From positions 1,426,001 to 1,490,000 of the forward strand of contig NC_090404.1 in the NCBI RefSeq assembly GCF_036365525.1: 64,000 nt of DNA, read 5' to 3'. The translations under genes were made by a program, and so were the position numbers. Below the pieces are notes generated by a model. It was not told the DNA's origin. It did no database searches and saw only the letters and a list, made by a program, of their open reading frames with translations. The DNA comes from Heterodontus francisci. Lineage: Eukaryota. This document shows positions 1 through 15,165 of this stretch, in pieces (the stretch's first letter is position 1; each line of letters opens with the position of its first letter).

Positions 1-3000
1 CACTGTCCTGGGACTACCCACCCATTTAATCACCTTCCACAGTCCATGTACAATCCACACTGTCCTGGGACTACCCACCCATTTAATCACCTTCCACAGT
101 CCATGTACAATCTACACTGTCCTAGGACTACCCACCCATTTAATCTCCTTCCACAGTCCATGTACAATCTACACTGTCCTGGGACTACCCACCCATTTAA
201 TCTCCTTCCACAGTCCATGTACAATCCCCACTGTCCTAGGACTACCCACACATTTAATCTCCTTCCACAGTCCATGTACAATCTACACTGTCCTGGGACT
301 ACCCACCCATTTAATCACCTTCCACAGTCCATGTACAATCTACACAGTCCTGGGACTACCCACCCATTTAATCTCCTTCCACAGTCCATGTACAATCTAC
401 ACTGTCCTGGGACTACCCACCCATTTAATCTCCTTCCACAGTCCATGTACAATCTACACTGTTCTGGGACTACCCACCCATTTAATCTCCTTCCACAGTC
501 CATGTACAATCTACACTGTCCTGGGACTACCCACCCATTTAATCTCCTTCCACAGTCCATGTACAATCTACACTGTTCTGGGACTACCCACCCATTTAAT
601 CTCCTTCCACAGTCCATGTACAATCTACACTGTCCTAGGACTACCCACCCATTTAATCTCCTTCCACAGTCCATGTACAATCTACACTGTCCTAGGACTA
701 CCCACCCATTTAATCTCCTTCCACAGTCCATGTACAATCTACACTGTTCTGAGACTACCCACCCATTTAATCTCCTTCCACAGTCCATGTACAATCTACA
801 CTGTCCTGGGACTACCCACCCATTTAATCACCTTCCACAGTCCATGTACAATCTACACTGTCCTGGGACTACCCACCCATTTAATCACCTTCCACAGTCC
901 ATGTACAATCTACACTGTCCTGGGACTACCCACCCATTTAATCTCCTTCCACAGTCCATGTACAATCTACACTGTCCTGGGACTACCCACCCATTTAATC
1001 ACCTTCCACAGTCCATGTACAATCCACACTGTCCTGGGACTACCCACCCTTTTAATCTCCTTCCACAGTCCATGTACAATCTACACTGTCCTGGGACTAC
1101 CCACCCATTTAATCTCCTTCCACAGTCCATGTACAATCCACACTGTCCTGGGACTACCCACCCAGTTAATCACCTTCCACTGTCCATGTACAATCTACAC
1201 TGTCCTGGGACTACCCACCCATTTAATCTCCTTCCACAGTCCATGTACAATCTACACTGTCCTAGGACTACCCACCCATTTAATCACCTTCCACAGTCCA
1301 TGTACAATCTACACTGTCCTGGGACTACCCACCCATTTAATCACCTTCCACAGTCCATGTACAATCTACACAGTCCTGGGACTACCCACCCATTTAATCA
1401 CCTTCCACAGTCCATGTACAATCTACACAGTCCTGGGACTACCCACCCATTTAATCTCCTTCCACAGTCCATGTACAATCTACACTGTCCTAGGACTACC
1501 CACCCATTTAATCACCTTCCACAGTCCATGTACAATCCACACTGTCCTGGGACTACCCACCCATTTAATCTCCTTCCACAGTCCATGTACAATCCACACT
1601 GTCCTGGGACTACCCACCCAGTTAATCACCTTCCACTGTCCATGTACAATCCACACTGTCCTGGGACTACCCACCCATTTAATCTCCTTCCACAGTCCAT
1701 GTACAATCTACACTGTCCTGGGACTACCCACCCATTTAATCTCCTTCCACAGTCCATGTACAATCCACACTGTCCTGGGACTACCCACCCATTTAATCAC
1801 CTTCCACAGTCCATGTACAATCCACACTGTCCTGGGACTACCCACCCAGTTAATCACCTTCCACTGTCCATGTACAATCTACACTGTCCTGGGACTACCC
1901 ACCCATTTAATCTCCTTCCACAGTCCATGTACAATCCACACTGTCCTGGGACTACCCACCCATTTAATCACCTTCCACAGTCCATGTACAATCCACACTG
2001 TCCTGGGACTACCCACCCAGTTAATCACCTTCCACTGTCCATGTACAATCCACACTGTCCTGGGACTACCCACCCATTTAATCTCCTTCCACAGTCCATG
2101 TACAATCTACACTGTCCTGGGACTACCCACCCATTTAATCTCCTTCCACAGTCCATGTACAATCCACACTGTCCTGGGACTACCCACCCATTTAATCTCC
2201 TTCCACAGTCCATGTACAATCCACACTGTCTGGGACTACCCACCCATTTAATCTCCTTCCACAGTCCATGTACAATCCACACTGTCTGGGACTACCCACC
2301 CATTTAATCACCTTCCACAGTCCATGTACAATCCACACTGTCCTGGGACTACCCACCTGTTTAATCTCCTTCCACAGTCCATGTACAATCTACACTGTCC
2401 TGGGACTACCCACCCATTTAATCACCTTCCACAGTCCATGTACAATCTACACTGTCCTGGGACTACCCACCCATTTAATCACCTTCCACAGTCCATGTAC
2501 AATCCACACTGTCCTGGGACTACCCACCTGTTTAATCTCCTTCCACAGTCCATGTACAATCTACACTGTCCTGGGACTACCCACCCATTTAATCACCTTC
2601 CACAGTCCATGTACAATCTACACTGTCCTGGGACTACCCACCCATTTAATCACCTTCCACAGTCCATGTACAATCTACACTGTCCTGGGACTACCCACCC
2701 AGTTAATCACCTTCCACTGTCCATGTACAATCCACACTGTCCTGGGACTACCCACCCATTTAATCACCTTCCACAGTCCATGTACAATCTACACTGTCCT
2801 GGGACTACCCACCCATTTAATCACCTTCCACAGTCCATGTACAATCTACACTGTCCTGGGACTACCCACCCAGTTAATCACCTTCCACTGTCCATGTACA
2901 ATCCACACTGTCCTGGGACTACCCACCCATTTAATCACCTTCCACAGTCCATGTACAATCTACACCGTCCTGGGACTACCCACCCATTTAATCACCTTCC

Positions 3001-4350
3001 ACTGTCCATGTACAATCCACACTGTCCTGGGACTACCCACCCAGTTAATCACCTTCCACAGTCCATGTACAATCTACACTGTCCTGGGACTACCCACCCA
3101 GTTAATCACCTTCCACAGTCCATGTACAATCTACACCGTCCTGGGACTACCCACCCATTTAATCTCCTTCCTCAGTCCATGTACAATCCACACTGTCCTG
3201 GGACTACCCACCCATTTAATCTCCTTCCACAGTCCATGTACAATCCACACTGTCTGGGACTACCCACCCATTTAATCTCCTTCCACAGTCCATGTACAAT
3301 CTACACCGTCCTGGGACTACCCACCCATTTAATCTCCTTCCACAGTCCATGTACAATCCACACTGTCCTGGGACTACCCACCCATTTAATCTCCTTCCAC
3401 AGTCCATGTACAATCCACACTGTCTGGGACTACCCACCCATTTAATCTCCTTCCACAGTCCATGTACAATCTACACCGTCCTGGGACTACCCACCCATTT
3501 AATCTCCTTCCACAGTCCATGTACAATCCACACTGTCCTGGGACTACCCACCCATTTAATCTCCTTCCACAGTCCATGTACAATCCACACTGTCCTGGGA
3601 CTACCCACCCATTTAATCTCCTTCCACAGTCCATGTACAATCCACACTGTCTGGGACTACCCACCCATTTAATCTCCTTCCACAGTCCATGTACAATCTA
3701 CACCGTCCTGGGACTACCCACCCATTTAATCTCCTTCCACAGTCCATGTACAATCCACACTGTCCTGGGACTACCCACCCATTTAATCTCCTTCCACAGT
3801 CCATGTACAATCCACACTGTCCTGGGACTACCCACCCATTTAATCTCCTTCCACAGTCCATGTACAATCCACACTGTCCTGGGACTACCCACCCATTTAA
3901 TCTCCTTCCTCAGTCCATGTACAATCCACACTGTCCTGGGACTACCCACCTGTTTAATCTCCTTCCACAGTCCATATCCAATCTACACTGTCCTGGGACT
4001 ACACACCCATTTAATCACCTTCCAAAGTCCATGTACAATCTGCACTGTCCTGGGACTACCCACCCATTTAATCACCTTCCACAGTCCATGTACAATCTAC
4101 ACTGTCCTGGGACTACCCACCCATTTAATCACCTTCCACAGTCCATGCACAATCTACACTGTCCTGGGACTACCCACCCATTTAATCACCTTCCACAGTC
4201 CATGTACAATCTACTCTGTCCTGGGACTACCCACCCATTTAATCACCTTCCAAAGTCCATGTACAATCCACACTGTCCTGGGACTACCCACCCATTTAAT
4301 CACCTTCCACAGTCCATGTACAATCTACACTGTCCTGGGACTACCCACCC
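1..4350. repeat. 57-bp minisatellite array (~76 copies, runs off the window start)
   Basis: Unit cactgtcctgggactacccacccatttaatc(a/t)ccttccacagtccatgtacaatc(c/t)a repeats continuously. It produces the 19-aa periodic ORFs in the track. Confidence 0.98.
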
Positions 4351-5597
4351 GTTTATCCCCTTTCACATACTATGTACACTCTCCCCATCATCAACTGTAC
4401 CCATTGTATTTAATCGTCTGAGGAAAATCTCTGTCGAAAAGCTCCCCGACTGCCAAATACAATCAAAGAAATCTCCTGAATAATCATCAATCCTCACATC
4501 TCCATCAAGAATGTGTCTGGATCATTCCCCCCTGACAGGATCCATTCTGTCCCTTGCAGTACTGATTATCTCTATCAGAACCTGCCCCTGAACTACTGGA
4601 ATAATAATATTCACCCAGCTCCTTCCTTCAGTTCTGTGCTTACATTCCAGTTGAATAATTTGTTTATAACTGGATTGTGGATGGTTGTTTATATCCTAAA
4701 GCTGTGGATCAGTTGAAAGCAAGTTGTATTCCACAAATCCGAGCATTTAAAACCCCACCTCTCAACATGATTTTTATCAATTTAAACTGAATTTCGAATT
4801 CTCAGACTGGTGGGATTTATGAATTTACTGGATTAATCCAGGCTTCTTGATTCCGGGTCCGGTAACACAACCACTGCAGCACTGCACCCCATTGTGAGGA
4901 ACACTGTCCATTACATCAACCCTTGTCAAACATACTGGGGAAAAGATCCCACTCTCCTTAAATCCCATCAGTAATTGGTTAGTCGAACTTGGGGCAGCCT
5001 CAGTGAACCCTGGGCCAGGCTTCACAACACAGCCTAAAGGGAAACAGGATGGAAAACACAGGAGGTGGGACATTCCAGGCTGGGTATCACAGGCAGCTTA
5101 GAAACTCCAGCCCAGTCAGGGAAACATTTAGAGTGCGGTTTCTATCAATCATTGCTGCTGGAGTGAGTTTAGTTTAGTTCTGGGTGACTGTGTGTTGCTG
5201 CTTGTTGCTGATAAGGACTCTGTCTAAACAGGCGTTTCCGCTGTTGATCTTGAGGACAGCAGTGACCGGTTCTGTGAGCAAACCACTGACCTGTGTCTGG
5301 GTGGGTGATCGGTAAAAGGTACCTCTTCCTCCTGATTCTGAACCCCGGCACAATTCTGCAAATCAGTAACAGCTACTGGAAATTCAACAGTGAAATTGTA
5401 ATGGGGAATGTTCCACATAATAATGAACCTATTTGGAGACTCGCACATCTTATATAAATAAATACATAATGAGAGAATGAGCGAAAGAGAGAGAGAAACA
5501 TAGATGTAGATAGACAGAATATTACCTTGGACAGTGTTACTGGTATGTGTGTGTGTGATACACGGGCTGATCAGTGATAAGTAACATTCACACCACA

Positions 5598-6475
5598 TAA
5601 ATGCCAGGCAATGACCATCCCCAACGAGGGAATCTATACATATGGATGTAAATGGAATAGTTTAGGTCAGATGGTTTCACAGGTCGGCGCAACATCGAGG
5701 GCCGAAGGGCCTGTACTGCGCTGTAATGTTCTATGTTCTATGTTCTAATCATCTGCCCTTGACATTCAATGGCATTACCAAGACTGATTCCCCCATCATC
5801 AACATCCTGGGAATTACTATTGACCAGAAACTTAATTGGATTAGCCATGTAAATACTGTGCTACAAGAGCAGGTCAGAGGCTGGAAATTCTGCTGCAAGA
5901 AATTCACCTCCGGACACCTCAAAGCCAGTCCACCAACTACAAGGCAGAAGTCAGGAGTGTGATGGAATACTTGCATGGATGAGTGCAGCTCAAACAACAC
6001 TCAAGAAGCTCGACGCTATCCAGGACAAAGCAACTTGTTTGATCAACACCCTAACTACCACTTTAAACATTCACTCCCTCCACCACCGGTGCACTGTAGC
6101 AGTAGTGTGTACCATCTACAAGATGCACTGCAGCAATTCACCAAGGCTCCTTCGACAACACCTTCCAAACCTGCGACCTCTACCACCTAGAAGGACAAGG
6201 GTAGCAGATGCATGGGAACACCACCACCTGCAAGTTCCCCTCTAAGTCACACACCATCCTGACTTGGAACTATATCGCCGTTCCTTCACTGTCGCTGGGT
6301 CAAAATCCTGGAACTCCCTTCCTAACAGCACTGTGGGTGTACCTACCCCACATGGACTGCAGCAGTTCAAGAAGGCAGCTCACCACCACCTTCTGCTCAA
6401 GGGCTATCTGGGATGGGCAATAAATGTTGGGCTTGCCAGCGATGCTCACATCCCATAATAGAATATTTTAAAAAA
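5598..6475 (+). mobile_element. Degenerate LINE 3' fragment (CR1/L2 group) with a small nested CR1-type 3' end at ~5635-5745
   Basis: Broken RT C-terminal peptides (INILGITIDQKLNWISHVN, TLKKLDAIQDKA, SFTVAGSKSWNSLP) and an A-rich tail. Homologous copies lie at 19330-20087 and 62297-62870. A (ttctatg)n tail is at 5728-5745. Confidence 0.8.
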
Positions 6476-6479
6476 CACC

Positions 6480-6770
6480 TACTGTTACTGTTGCAAATAC
6501 AGTACTAATACTTTAGACAGTATTCCTGGTGTGGGTGTGATACAGAGACACCCTGTGATGTTACTGCTGTAGGTACAGTCCTGATACTTTAGACAGTGCT
6601 CCTGGTGTGGGTGTGATACAGAGACACCCTGTGATGTTACTGCTGTAGGTACAGTCCTGATACTTTAGACAGTATTCCTGGTGTGGGTGTGATACAGAGA
6701 CACCCTGTGATGTTACTGCTGTAGGTACAGTCCTGATACTTTAGACAGTATTCCTGGTGTGGGTGTGTTA
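6480..6770. repeat. 76-bp tandem repeat (~3.5-4 copies)
   Basis: tacagagacaccctgtgatgttactgctg recurs at 6541, 6617 and 6693. Confidence 0.9.
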
Positions 6771-7029
6771 TTCAGACATCTGATGGTGTAGCTGGAGCAG
6801 GTCATTCTACCCATGGTGCATATGCTCTTGTCAATGGGAACAGTCAATTGATGCTCACCTTTCCTTGTTATTTTATCATCATGTACACCTATCACATATC
6901 CTTTGTTACAGTCCAGATCTGCCATAGATCCCTTCCCAGGTTCAATATCAGTAATCACATTGAGTCATCTGACCATCTTGTTATGAAGGTAGTTGGCTCT
7001 CACTGTTGAGTATCTACATTAGAGCATTA

Positions 7030-9170
7030 AAACATCAGAAATAGGAGCAGGAGGAGGCCATTTGACCGTTCAAGCCTGCTCCACCATTCAATATGATCAT
7101 GACTGACCTTTTACTTTCCTGCATTATCTCAATATCCCTTAATCCCCTCAGTAGTCAAAAATCTATTGATCTCTGTCTTGAATATACTCAATGACTGAGG
7201 GGTAGAGGATTCCAAAGATCCACAACCCTTTCAGTGAAGAGGTTTCTCCACTTTTCAGTCCTGAATGGCTGACCTTTTATTCTGAGACTATGTCCCCTAG
7301 TTTGTGACTTCCCAGCCATGGGAAACAGCCCCTCAGTATCTACTCTATCAGGCCCCTTAACAGTCTTATATATTTCAATGATATCACCTCTCATTCTTCT
7401 GAACTCGAGGGTAGATAGGCCCATTCTACTCAATGTCTCATAGGACAATCCCCTCATCCCTGAAGTCAATCTAGTGAACCTTCATTGCACTCCTTCCAAG
7501 ACAAATATATCCTTCCTTAGGTAAGGAGACCAAAACTGTACACAGTACTTCAGGTGTGGCCTCACCAAGACCCTCTACAATTGCAGTAAGACTTCTTCAC
7601 TCTTATACTCCAATCCTTTGTACTTAAAGCCAAGATACCAATTGCTTTCCCAATTGCTTGCTGCACCTGCATTTCAACTTTCTATGAATTGTGCACAATA
7701 ACTCCCAGGTCCCTCTAAATAACAACATTTCCCAGTTTCTCACCAATTAAATGGTATTCTGCTTTACTATTTTTTCTTCTGAAGTGGATAACTTCACACT
7801 TCCCCACATTATGTTCCATCAGCCAAATTCTTGCCCAATCAGTTATTCTGTCCATGTCCCTTTGCAGCCTCTTTGTGTCCTCCTCACCGCTTACTTTTCC
7901 ATCTAACCTTGTATCATCAGTAAACCTGGATATATTACAATCAGTCCCCTCATCTAAGTTATTTACATAGACTGTAAATAGCTGAGGCCCAAGCACTGAT
8001 CCTTCTGGTCTCCCTGCAACCTGAAATGACCCATTTATTCCTACTCTCTGTTTTCCGTTCATTAACCAATCCTAAATCCATGTTTACCCCCAATCCTATG
8101 AATCCAACCTTTGTGTAATAATCTCTCATGTGGTACCTTATCGAATGCTTTCCGAAAATCCAAATATACTACATTCACTGCTTCCCCCTTATTTACCCTG
8201 CAAGTTACGCCCTCAAAAAACTCCAGCAGATTTGTTAAACACGATTTCCCATTCATAAATCCATGTTGACTCTGCTGAATCATATGATGATTTTCTAAGT
8301 GCTCTGTTATCACGTTCCTGATAATAGATTCTAGCATTTTCCCTAATACTGATGTCAGGCAATTTGGTCGACAGCTCCCGGTTTTCTCTCTCCCTTGTTT
8401 CTTGAATAGTGAGGTTATGTTTTACTGCCTTCCAATCCATGGGAACCGTTCTAGAATCGAGGAAATTCTGGAACATTAAAACCAATACATCCACCATCTC
8501 TACAGCTACCTCTTTTAAAACTTTAAGCATGCAGGCCATCAGGTCAAGGGGATTTGTCGATTTTTAATTTGCATTAATTTCTCCGGTACAAATTCTTTAC
8601 GAATAATAATATCCCTAAATTCCTCAACTAGACACTTGGTTCCCCACTACTTCCAGAATGTATTTTTGTCTTTGACCCTGAAGACTGACTGATACAAAGT
8701 ATTTGTTTAATGTCTCTGCTGGTTCCTTATTTCCTGTTATAATTTCTCCCGTCTCTACCTCGAAGGTACTCATGTTGATTCTTGTTAATCTCCTTGTGAC
8801 ATAACTGTGGAAACTGTAACAATCTGTTTTTGTGTCTTTTGTTAGTTTACTCTCCTATTCTGTTTCTTTTTGTCAATTTCTTGGTCATCATTTCTACCCA
8901 ATCCTCAGGCTTACTATTCTTTTTGGTAACATTATAAGCCTCTTCCTTTAATGGAATACCATCTTTAATTTCTCTTGTCAGCCATGGTATGCCCACTTTT
9001 CCCTTTTTTTAGTCTTTACTGGAATGTATATTTGTTGCATATTATGAATTAACTCTTTAAATGTTTGCCATTGCTTATCTACCATCATATCTTTTAATCT
9101 ATTTTCCCAATCTATCTGAGCCAACTCACCCCCATACCTACATAGTTTGCTTTGTTCAGATTTAAGATCT
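7030..9170 (-). mobile_element. Degenerate CR1-type LINE ORF2 (RT region and 3' end)
   Basis: Minus-strand peptides SQHGFMNGKSCLTNLLEFFE, VYLDFRKAFDKVPH, GSVLGPQLF, FTDDTRL and TRGHSLRI, split by frameshifts. Confidence 0.92.
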
Positions 9171-9262
9171 ACTCATACCATAGGAAGACCTGAGGTTGTA
9201 ACAGTGATATCCCCTTGTGAACCACACCCGACACTCATGACCTTCGTGCCTGTATCACCTCA

Positions 9263-9625
9263 GCCTTGGCTCAATGGTATCACTCTTGACTCTGACTCAG
9301 ATGGTTGAAGTCCCACTCCACAGAATTGAGCCCATAATCTCGGCTAAAACTCTCAGTGCAGTCCTGAGGAAGCATTGCACTGTCAGAGGTGCTGTCTCTG
9401 GGATGAGATGTTAAAGTGAGGCCCTGTCTGGCCAGTCAGGTGGATGTAAAAGAGCTGGGGCGTTCTCCCAGTGTCCTGGGCCAACATTTATCCCTCAAAC
9501 AACATCATTAAAACATCATCTGGTCATTTTATCTCATTGCTGTTTGTCGGATCTTGCTATGTGCAATTTGTCTCCGAGCTTTCCTACATTGTAACAGTGA
9601 CTATACTTTAAAAAATACTTCATTG
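9263..9625 (+). mobile_element. tRNA-derived SINE (DeuSINE/SacSINE-like)
   Basis: tRNA-like head (tggctcaatggta) and core cagtgcagtcctgaggaagcattgcactgtcagaggtgctgtc. Reverse-strand relatives at ~38905-39290, 40050-40390, 43955-44120, 50075-50535 and 53345-53660. Confidence 0.7.
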
Positions 9626-11489
9626 GCTGTGAAGAGGTTTGGGATGTCCTGAGGTTGTGAAAGCCACTCTGTGAATGCAGGTTACCATGAAGGGAGGTGA
9701 AATAAAAACAGAAAATTCTGGAAACACTCAGAAGGTGAACTTTGATTTGTGAGTTAGAATCATAGAACCATGCAGCACAGAAGGAGGCCATTCAGCCTGT
9801 CGTGTCTGTGCTGGATCTTAGTCCCACATCCCTGTTGTTTTTCTGTAATCCTGTAAGTTCCTCCTCCTCAAGTAGATATCCAATTCCCTTTTCCAATTAT
9901 TTATGGAATCAGCTTCCAGCACCTTATCAGGTAAAGAGTTCAGATCCCAACAACTCTCAAAGTGAAAACATTTCTCCTCATCTCCCCTCTCGATCTTTTG
10001 CCAATGATTTTAAATCTATGGCCTCTGGTTATTGACCCACTCACCAGAGGGAACAGTTTTTCTCTATCTATCCAATCAAAACCTCTCCCCATCTGTTAGG
10101 GCACCTCTTAACCTTCTCTGTTCCAACAACAACAACAACTTGTCTTTATATAGCACCTTTAATGTAATAACACACTTCCAGCTGCTTCACAGGAATGGTA
10201 TGTAATGAAATTTAACACCAAGCCACATCAGGAGATATTAGGTGGGATGACCAAAAGTTTGGTTAAAGACTTAAGTTTTAAAGAGTGTCTGAAAAGAGGA
10301 GAGAGTTAGAGAGTTTTATGGAGGGAATTCCAGACCTTCCAAGTCAACAGCCTAACTTTCCCAACTTCTCCTCAGAACTGAAGTCCCTCATCACTGGTAA
10401 CATCCTGGTAAACCTCCTCTGTATTCTTTCTCAGGTCTTTACACCTTTCCTGAAGTGTGGTGTCCGGAATTGTGTTTCCAGCAGCATTTGGCTGCCCACC
10501 TGACTGAGGAACCTTCGGTTTTCAAAAGCCCGACTGACCCTCGTGGTGTCTGTGTTCTGTTACTAAAAGCTCTGCATCAAAAGACCTGCTCCTCTCACAG
10601 ACTGACAGAGATCAAAGGGGTTTCTAACACAATGGTGAGAGGTGTCTGACCCAATATCCAGACAAATGTAAAACTTATTGTCTAGATACTGGGAGAGACA
10701 ACTCATGATCAGTATATAATCCACCTTCCATCTGAATATCTCTGTTTTTATTCATTCTCGGGATGTGGGTGCCGCAGGCAAAGCCAGCATTTATTGTCAG
10801 TCCCTAATTGTCCTGGGAATGTGATGGGCCTTTGTCTTGAATCACTAGCAGTGATTTTATACAAACTGAATGGCTTGCTCGTTCACTTCAGAGGCAACCA
10901 GGTTGGTGTTGGGACTGGAGTGACGTGGAGGCTGGACTGGGGAAGGGCGGCAGGTTCCCCAAAGGGAGTTAGTGAACCAGTTGGAATTTTAATGATAATT
11001 TTACGGCTTTGCGGTCACTTTTACTGATTGAGTTTTTTATTTCCAGATTTGGTTTTGAACTGAATTCAGTTTTTCAAAGTGCTGTGGTGCGATTTGAACT
11101 CACATTCTCTGGGTTATTAATCCAGGCATCTGGTTTACTGGTCCAATAACAGAATCCGACACTCAATGGTCTACACCTTGCTCTGAAAAATCACAGTGAT
11201 AAAAGTAACTCTTTCCCCTAATCTTTCTTCATCAAAAATGGTCAAAATCCAGAAACAATAAATTCTCCCTCAAAACACTTCCCGATTAGGCCCCTCATGT
11301 GAGAACCTGATGTCTCACTCAGAAAAGACAAGAACTCCTCTCTCGGTGTGCTGCCCTAACAGATGACCCTCCTAGACCCCCAAAGCCCACAAGTGCCATG
11401 GAATTCTGTCCCAGAGATGTGCGACCCCTGAGTCTGACGAGCCTGGCTCACAAAATCCCACAGATTTCATGGACTGCTGTCCCAGAGAT

Positions 11490-13556
11490 AGCTGTACACT
11501 GACTAGTGTCTCTTAGTCTCTCCCACTCAGGGTGATATCTGTACACTGACTGGTGTCTCTCAGTCCCTCTCTCTCAGGGTGATATCTGTACACTGACTGG
11601 TGTCTCTCAGTCCCTCTCTCTCAGGGTGATATCTGTACACTGACTGGTGTCTCTCAGTCCCTCTCTCTCAGGGTGATATCTGGACACTGACTGGTGTCTC
11701 TCAGTCCCTTTCTCTCAGGGTGATATCTGTACACTGACTAGTGTCTCTTAGTCTCTCCCACTCAGGGTGATATCTGTACACTGACTGGTGTCTCTCAGTC
11801 CGTCTCTCTCAGGTGATATCTGTACACTGACTGGTGTCTCTCAGTCCCTCTCTCTCAGGGTGATATCTGTACACTGACTGGTGTCTCTCAGTCTCTCTCT
11901 CTCAGGGTGATATCTGTACACTGACCGGTATCTCTCAGTCTCTCTTTCTCAGGGTGATATCTGTACACTGACTGGTGTCTCTCAGTCTCTCCCTCTCAGG
12001 GTGATATATGTACACTGACTGGTGTCTCTCAGTCCCTCTCTCTCATGGTGATATCTGTACACTGACTGGTGTCTCTCAGTTCCCTCTCTCTCACGGTGAT
12101 ATCTGTACACTGACTGGTGTCTCTCAGTTCCCTCTCTCTCAGGGTGATATCTGTACACTGACTAGTGTCTCTCAGTTCCCTCTCTCTCAGGGTGATATCT
12201 GTACACTGACTGGTGTCTCTCAGTCTCTCCCTCTCAGGGTGATATATGTACACTGACTGGTGTCTCTCAGTCCCTCTCTCTCAGGGTGATATCTGTACAC
12301 TGACTGGTGTCTCTCAGTCCCTCTCTCTCAGGGTGATATATGTACACTGACTGGTGTCTCTCAGTCCCTCTCTCTCAGGGTGATATCTGTACACTGACTG
12401 GTGTCTCTCAGTCCCTCTCTCTCAGTGTGATATCTGTACACTGACTGGTGTCTCTCAGTCCCTCTCTCTCAGGGTGATATCTGGACACTGACTGGTGTCT
12501 CTCAGTCCCTCTCTCTGGGTGATATCTGTACACTGACTGGTGTCTCTCAGTCCCTCTCTCTCAGGGTGATATCTGTACACTGACTGGTGTCTCTCAGTCC
12601 CTCTCTCTCAGGGTGATATCTGTGCACTGACTGGTGTCTCTCAGTCCCTCTCTCTCATGGTGATATCTGTACACTGACTGGTGTCTCTCAGTTCCCTCTC
12701 TCTCACGGTGATATCTGTACACTGACTGGTGTCTCTCAGTTCCCTCTCTCTCAGGGTGATATCTGTACACTGACTGGTGTCTCTCAGTTCCCTCTCTCTC
12801 AGGGTGATATCTGTACACTGACTGGTGTCTCTCAATCTCTCCCTCTCAGGGTGATATATGTACACTGACTGGTGTCTCTCAGTCCCTCTCTCTCGGGGTG
12901 ATATCTGTACACTGACTGGTGTCTCTCAGTCCCTCTCTCTCAGTGTGATATCTGTACACTGACTGGTGTCTCTCAGTCCCTCTCTCTCAGGGTGATATCT
13001 GTACACTGACTGGTGTCTCTCAGTCCCTCTCTCTCAGGGTGATATCTGTACACTGACTGGTTTCTCTCAGTCCCTCTCTCTCATGGTGATATCTGTACAC
13101 TGACTGGTGTCTCTCAGTCCCTCTCTCTCAGGGTGATATCTGTACACTGACTGGTGTCTCTCAGTCCCTCTCTCTCAGGGTGATATCTGTACACTGACTG
13201 GTGTCTCTCAGTCCCTCTCTCTCAGTGTGATATCTGTATACTGACTGGTGTCTCTCAGTCCCTCTCTCTCAGGGTGATATCTGTACACTGACTGGTGTCT
13301 CTCAGTCCCTCTCTCTCAGGGTGATATCTGTACACTGACTGGTGTCTCTCAGTCCCTCTCTCTCAGTGTGATATCTGTATACTGACTGGTGTCTCTCCGT
13401 CCCTCTCTCTCAGGGTGATATCTGTACACTGACTGGTGTCTCTCAGTCCCTCTCTCTCAGGGTGATATCTGTACACTGACTGGTGTCTCTCCGTCCCTCT
13501 TTCTCAGGGTGATATCTGTACACTGACTGGTGTCTCTCCGTCCCTCTCTCTCAGGG
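11490..13556. repeat. 47/48-bp minisatellite array
   Basis: Unit gggtgatatctgtacactgactggtgtctctcagtccctctctctca repeats ~44 times. Confidence 0.98.
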
Positions 13557-13583
13557 TTACCTGTCAAATAAATAATTAGAACA

Positions 13584-15165
13584 AAGTGTGACTGGATCTT
13601 TAATCCGGATCTCATTGCATAGTGTGACTGGATCTTTGATCCGGATCTCATTGCAAAGTGTGAATGGATCTTTGATCCGGATCTCATTGCATAGTGTGAC
13701 TGGATCTTTGATCCGGATCTCATTGCATAGTGTGAATGGATCTTTGATCCGGATCTCATTGCAAAGTGTGACTGGATCTTTGATCCGGATCTCATTGCAT
13801 AGTGTGACTGGATCTTTACTCCGGATCTCATTGCAAAGTGTGACTGGATCTTTGATCCGGATCTCATTGCAAAGTGTGACTGGATCTTTGATCCGGATCT
13901 CATTGCAAAGTGTGACTGGATCTTTGATCCGGATCTCATTGCATAGTGTGAATGGATCTTTGATCCGGATCTCATTGCAAAGTGTGACTGGATCTTTGAT
14001 CCGGATCTCATTGCAAAGTGTGACTGGATCTTTGATCCGGATCTCATTGCAAAGTGTGACTGGATCTTTGATCCGGATCTCATTGCATAGTGTGACTGGA
14101 TCTTTGATCCGGATCTCATTGCAAAGTGTGACTGGATCTTTGATCCGGATCTCATTGCAAAGTGTGACTGGATCTTTGATCCGGATCTCATTGCAAAGTG
14201 TGACTGGATCTTTGATCCGGATCTCATTGCAAAGTGTGACTGGATCTTTGATCCGGATCTCATTGCAAAGTGTGACTGGATCTTTGATCCGGATCTCATT
14301 GCATAGTGTGACTGGATCTTTACTCCGGATCTCATTGCAAAGTGTGACTGGATCTTTGATCCGGATCTCATTGCATAGTGTGACTGGATCTTTACTCCGG
14401 ATCTCATTGCAAAGTGTGACTGGATCTTTAATCCGGATCTCATTGCATAGTGTGACTGGATCTTTAATCCGGATCTCATTGCAAAGTGTGACTGGATCTT
14501 TAATCCGGATCTCATTGCAAAGTGTGACTGGATCTTTAATCCGGATCTCATTGCAAAGTGTGACTGGATCTTTAATCCGGATCTCATTGCAAAGTGTGAC
14601 TGGATCTTTAATCCGGATCTCATTGCAAAGTGTGACTGGATCTTTAATCCGGATCTCATTGCAAAGTGTGACTGGATCTTTAATCCGGATCTCATTGCAA
14701 AGTGTGACTGGATCTTTAATCCGGATCTCATTGCAAAGTGTGACTGGATCTTTAATCCGGATCTCATTGCAAAGTGTGACTGGATCTTTAATCCGGATCT
14801 CATTGCAAAGTGTGACTGGATCTTTAATCCGGATCTCATTGCAAAGTGTGACTGGATCTTTAATCCGGATCTCATTGCAAAGTGTGACTGGATCTTTAAT
14901 CCGGATCTCATTGCAAAGTGTGACTGGATCTTTAATCCGGATCTCATTGCAAAGTGTGACTGGATCTTTAATCCGGATCTCATTACAAAGTGTGACTGGA
15001 TCTTTAATCCGGATCTCATTGCAAAGTGTGACTGGATCTTTAATCCGGATCTCATTACATAGTGTGACTGGATCTTTAATCCGGATCTCATTACAAAGTG
15101 TGACTGGATCTTTAATCCGGATCTCATTACAAAGTGTGACTGGATCTTTAATCCGGATCTCATTA
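13584..15165. repeat. 36-bp minisatellite array
   Basis: Unit agtgtgactggatcttt(g/a)atccggatctcattgca(a/t) repeats ~44 times. It explains the 12-aa periodic ORFs on both strands. Confidence 0.98.

Noticed and set aside
46-4483. Long ORFs (753, 373, 335, 319 and 264 aa)
   Set aside because: They are translations of a 57-bp stop-free repeat unit, open in several frames and shifted by 1-bp-shorter units, with no gene context.
6859-7013. Exon-shaped minus-strand segment (YSTVRANYLHNKMVR*LNVITDIEPGKG...) and another at 9179-9249
   Set aside because: Splice-like ends are present, but there is an in-frame stop and I recognise no protein family. BLASTX would be needed to call a neighbouring pseudogene.
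1-15165. CRISPR-like appearance of the regular repeats
   Set aside because: No unique spacers, no cas genes, and the context is vertebrate.
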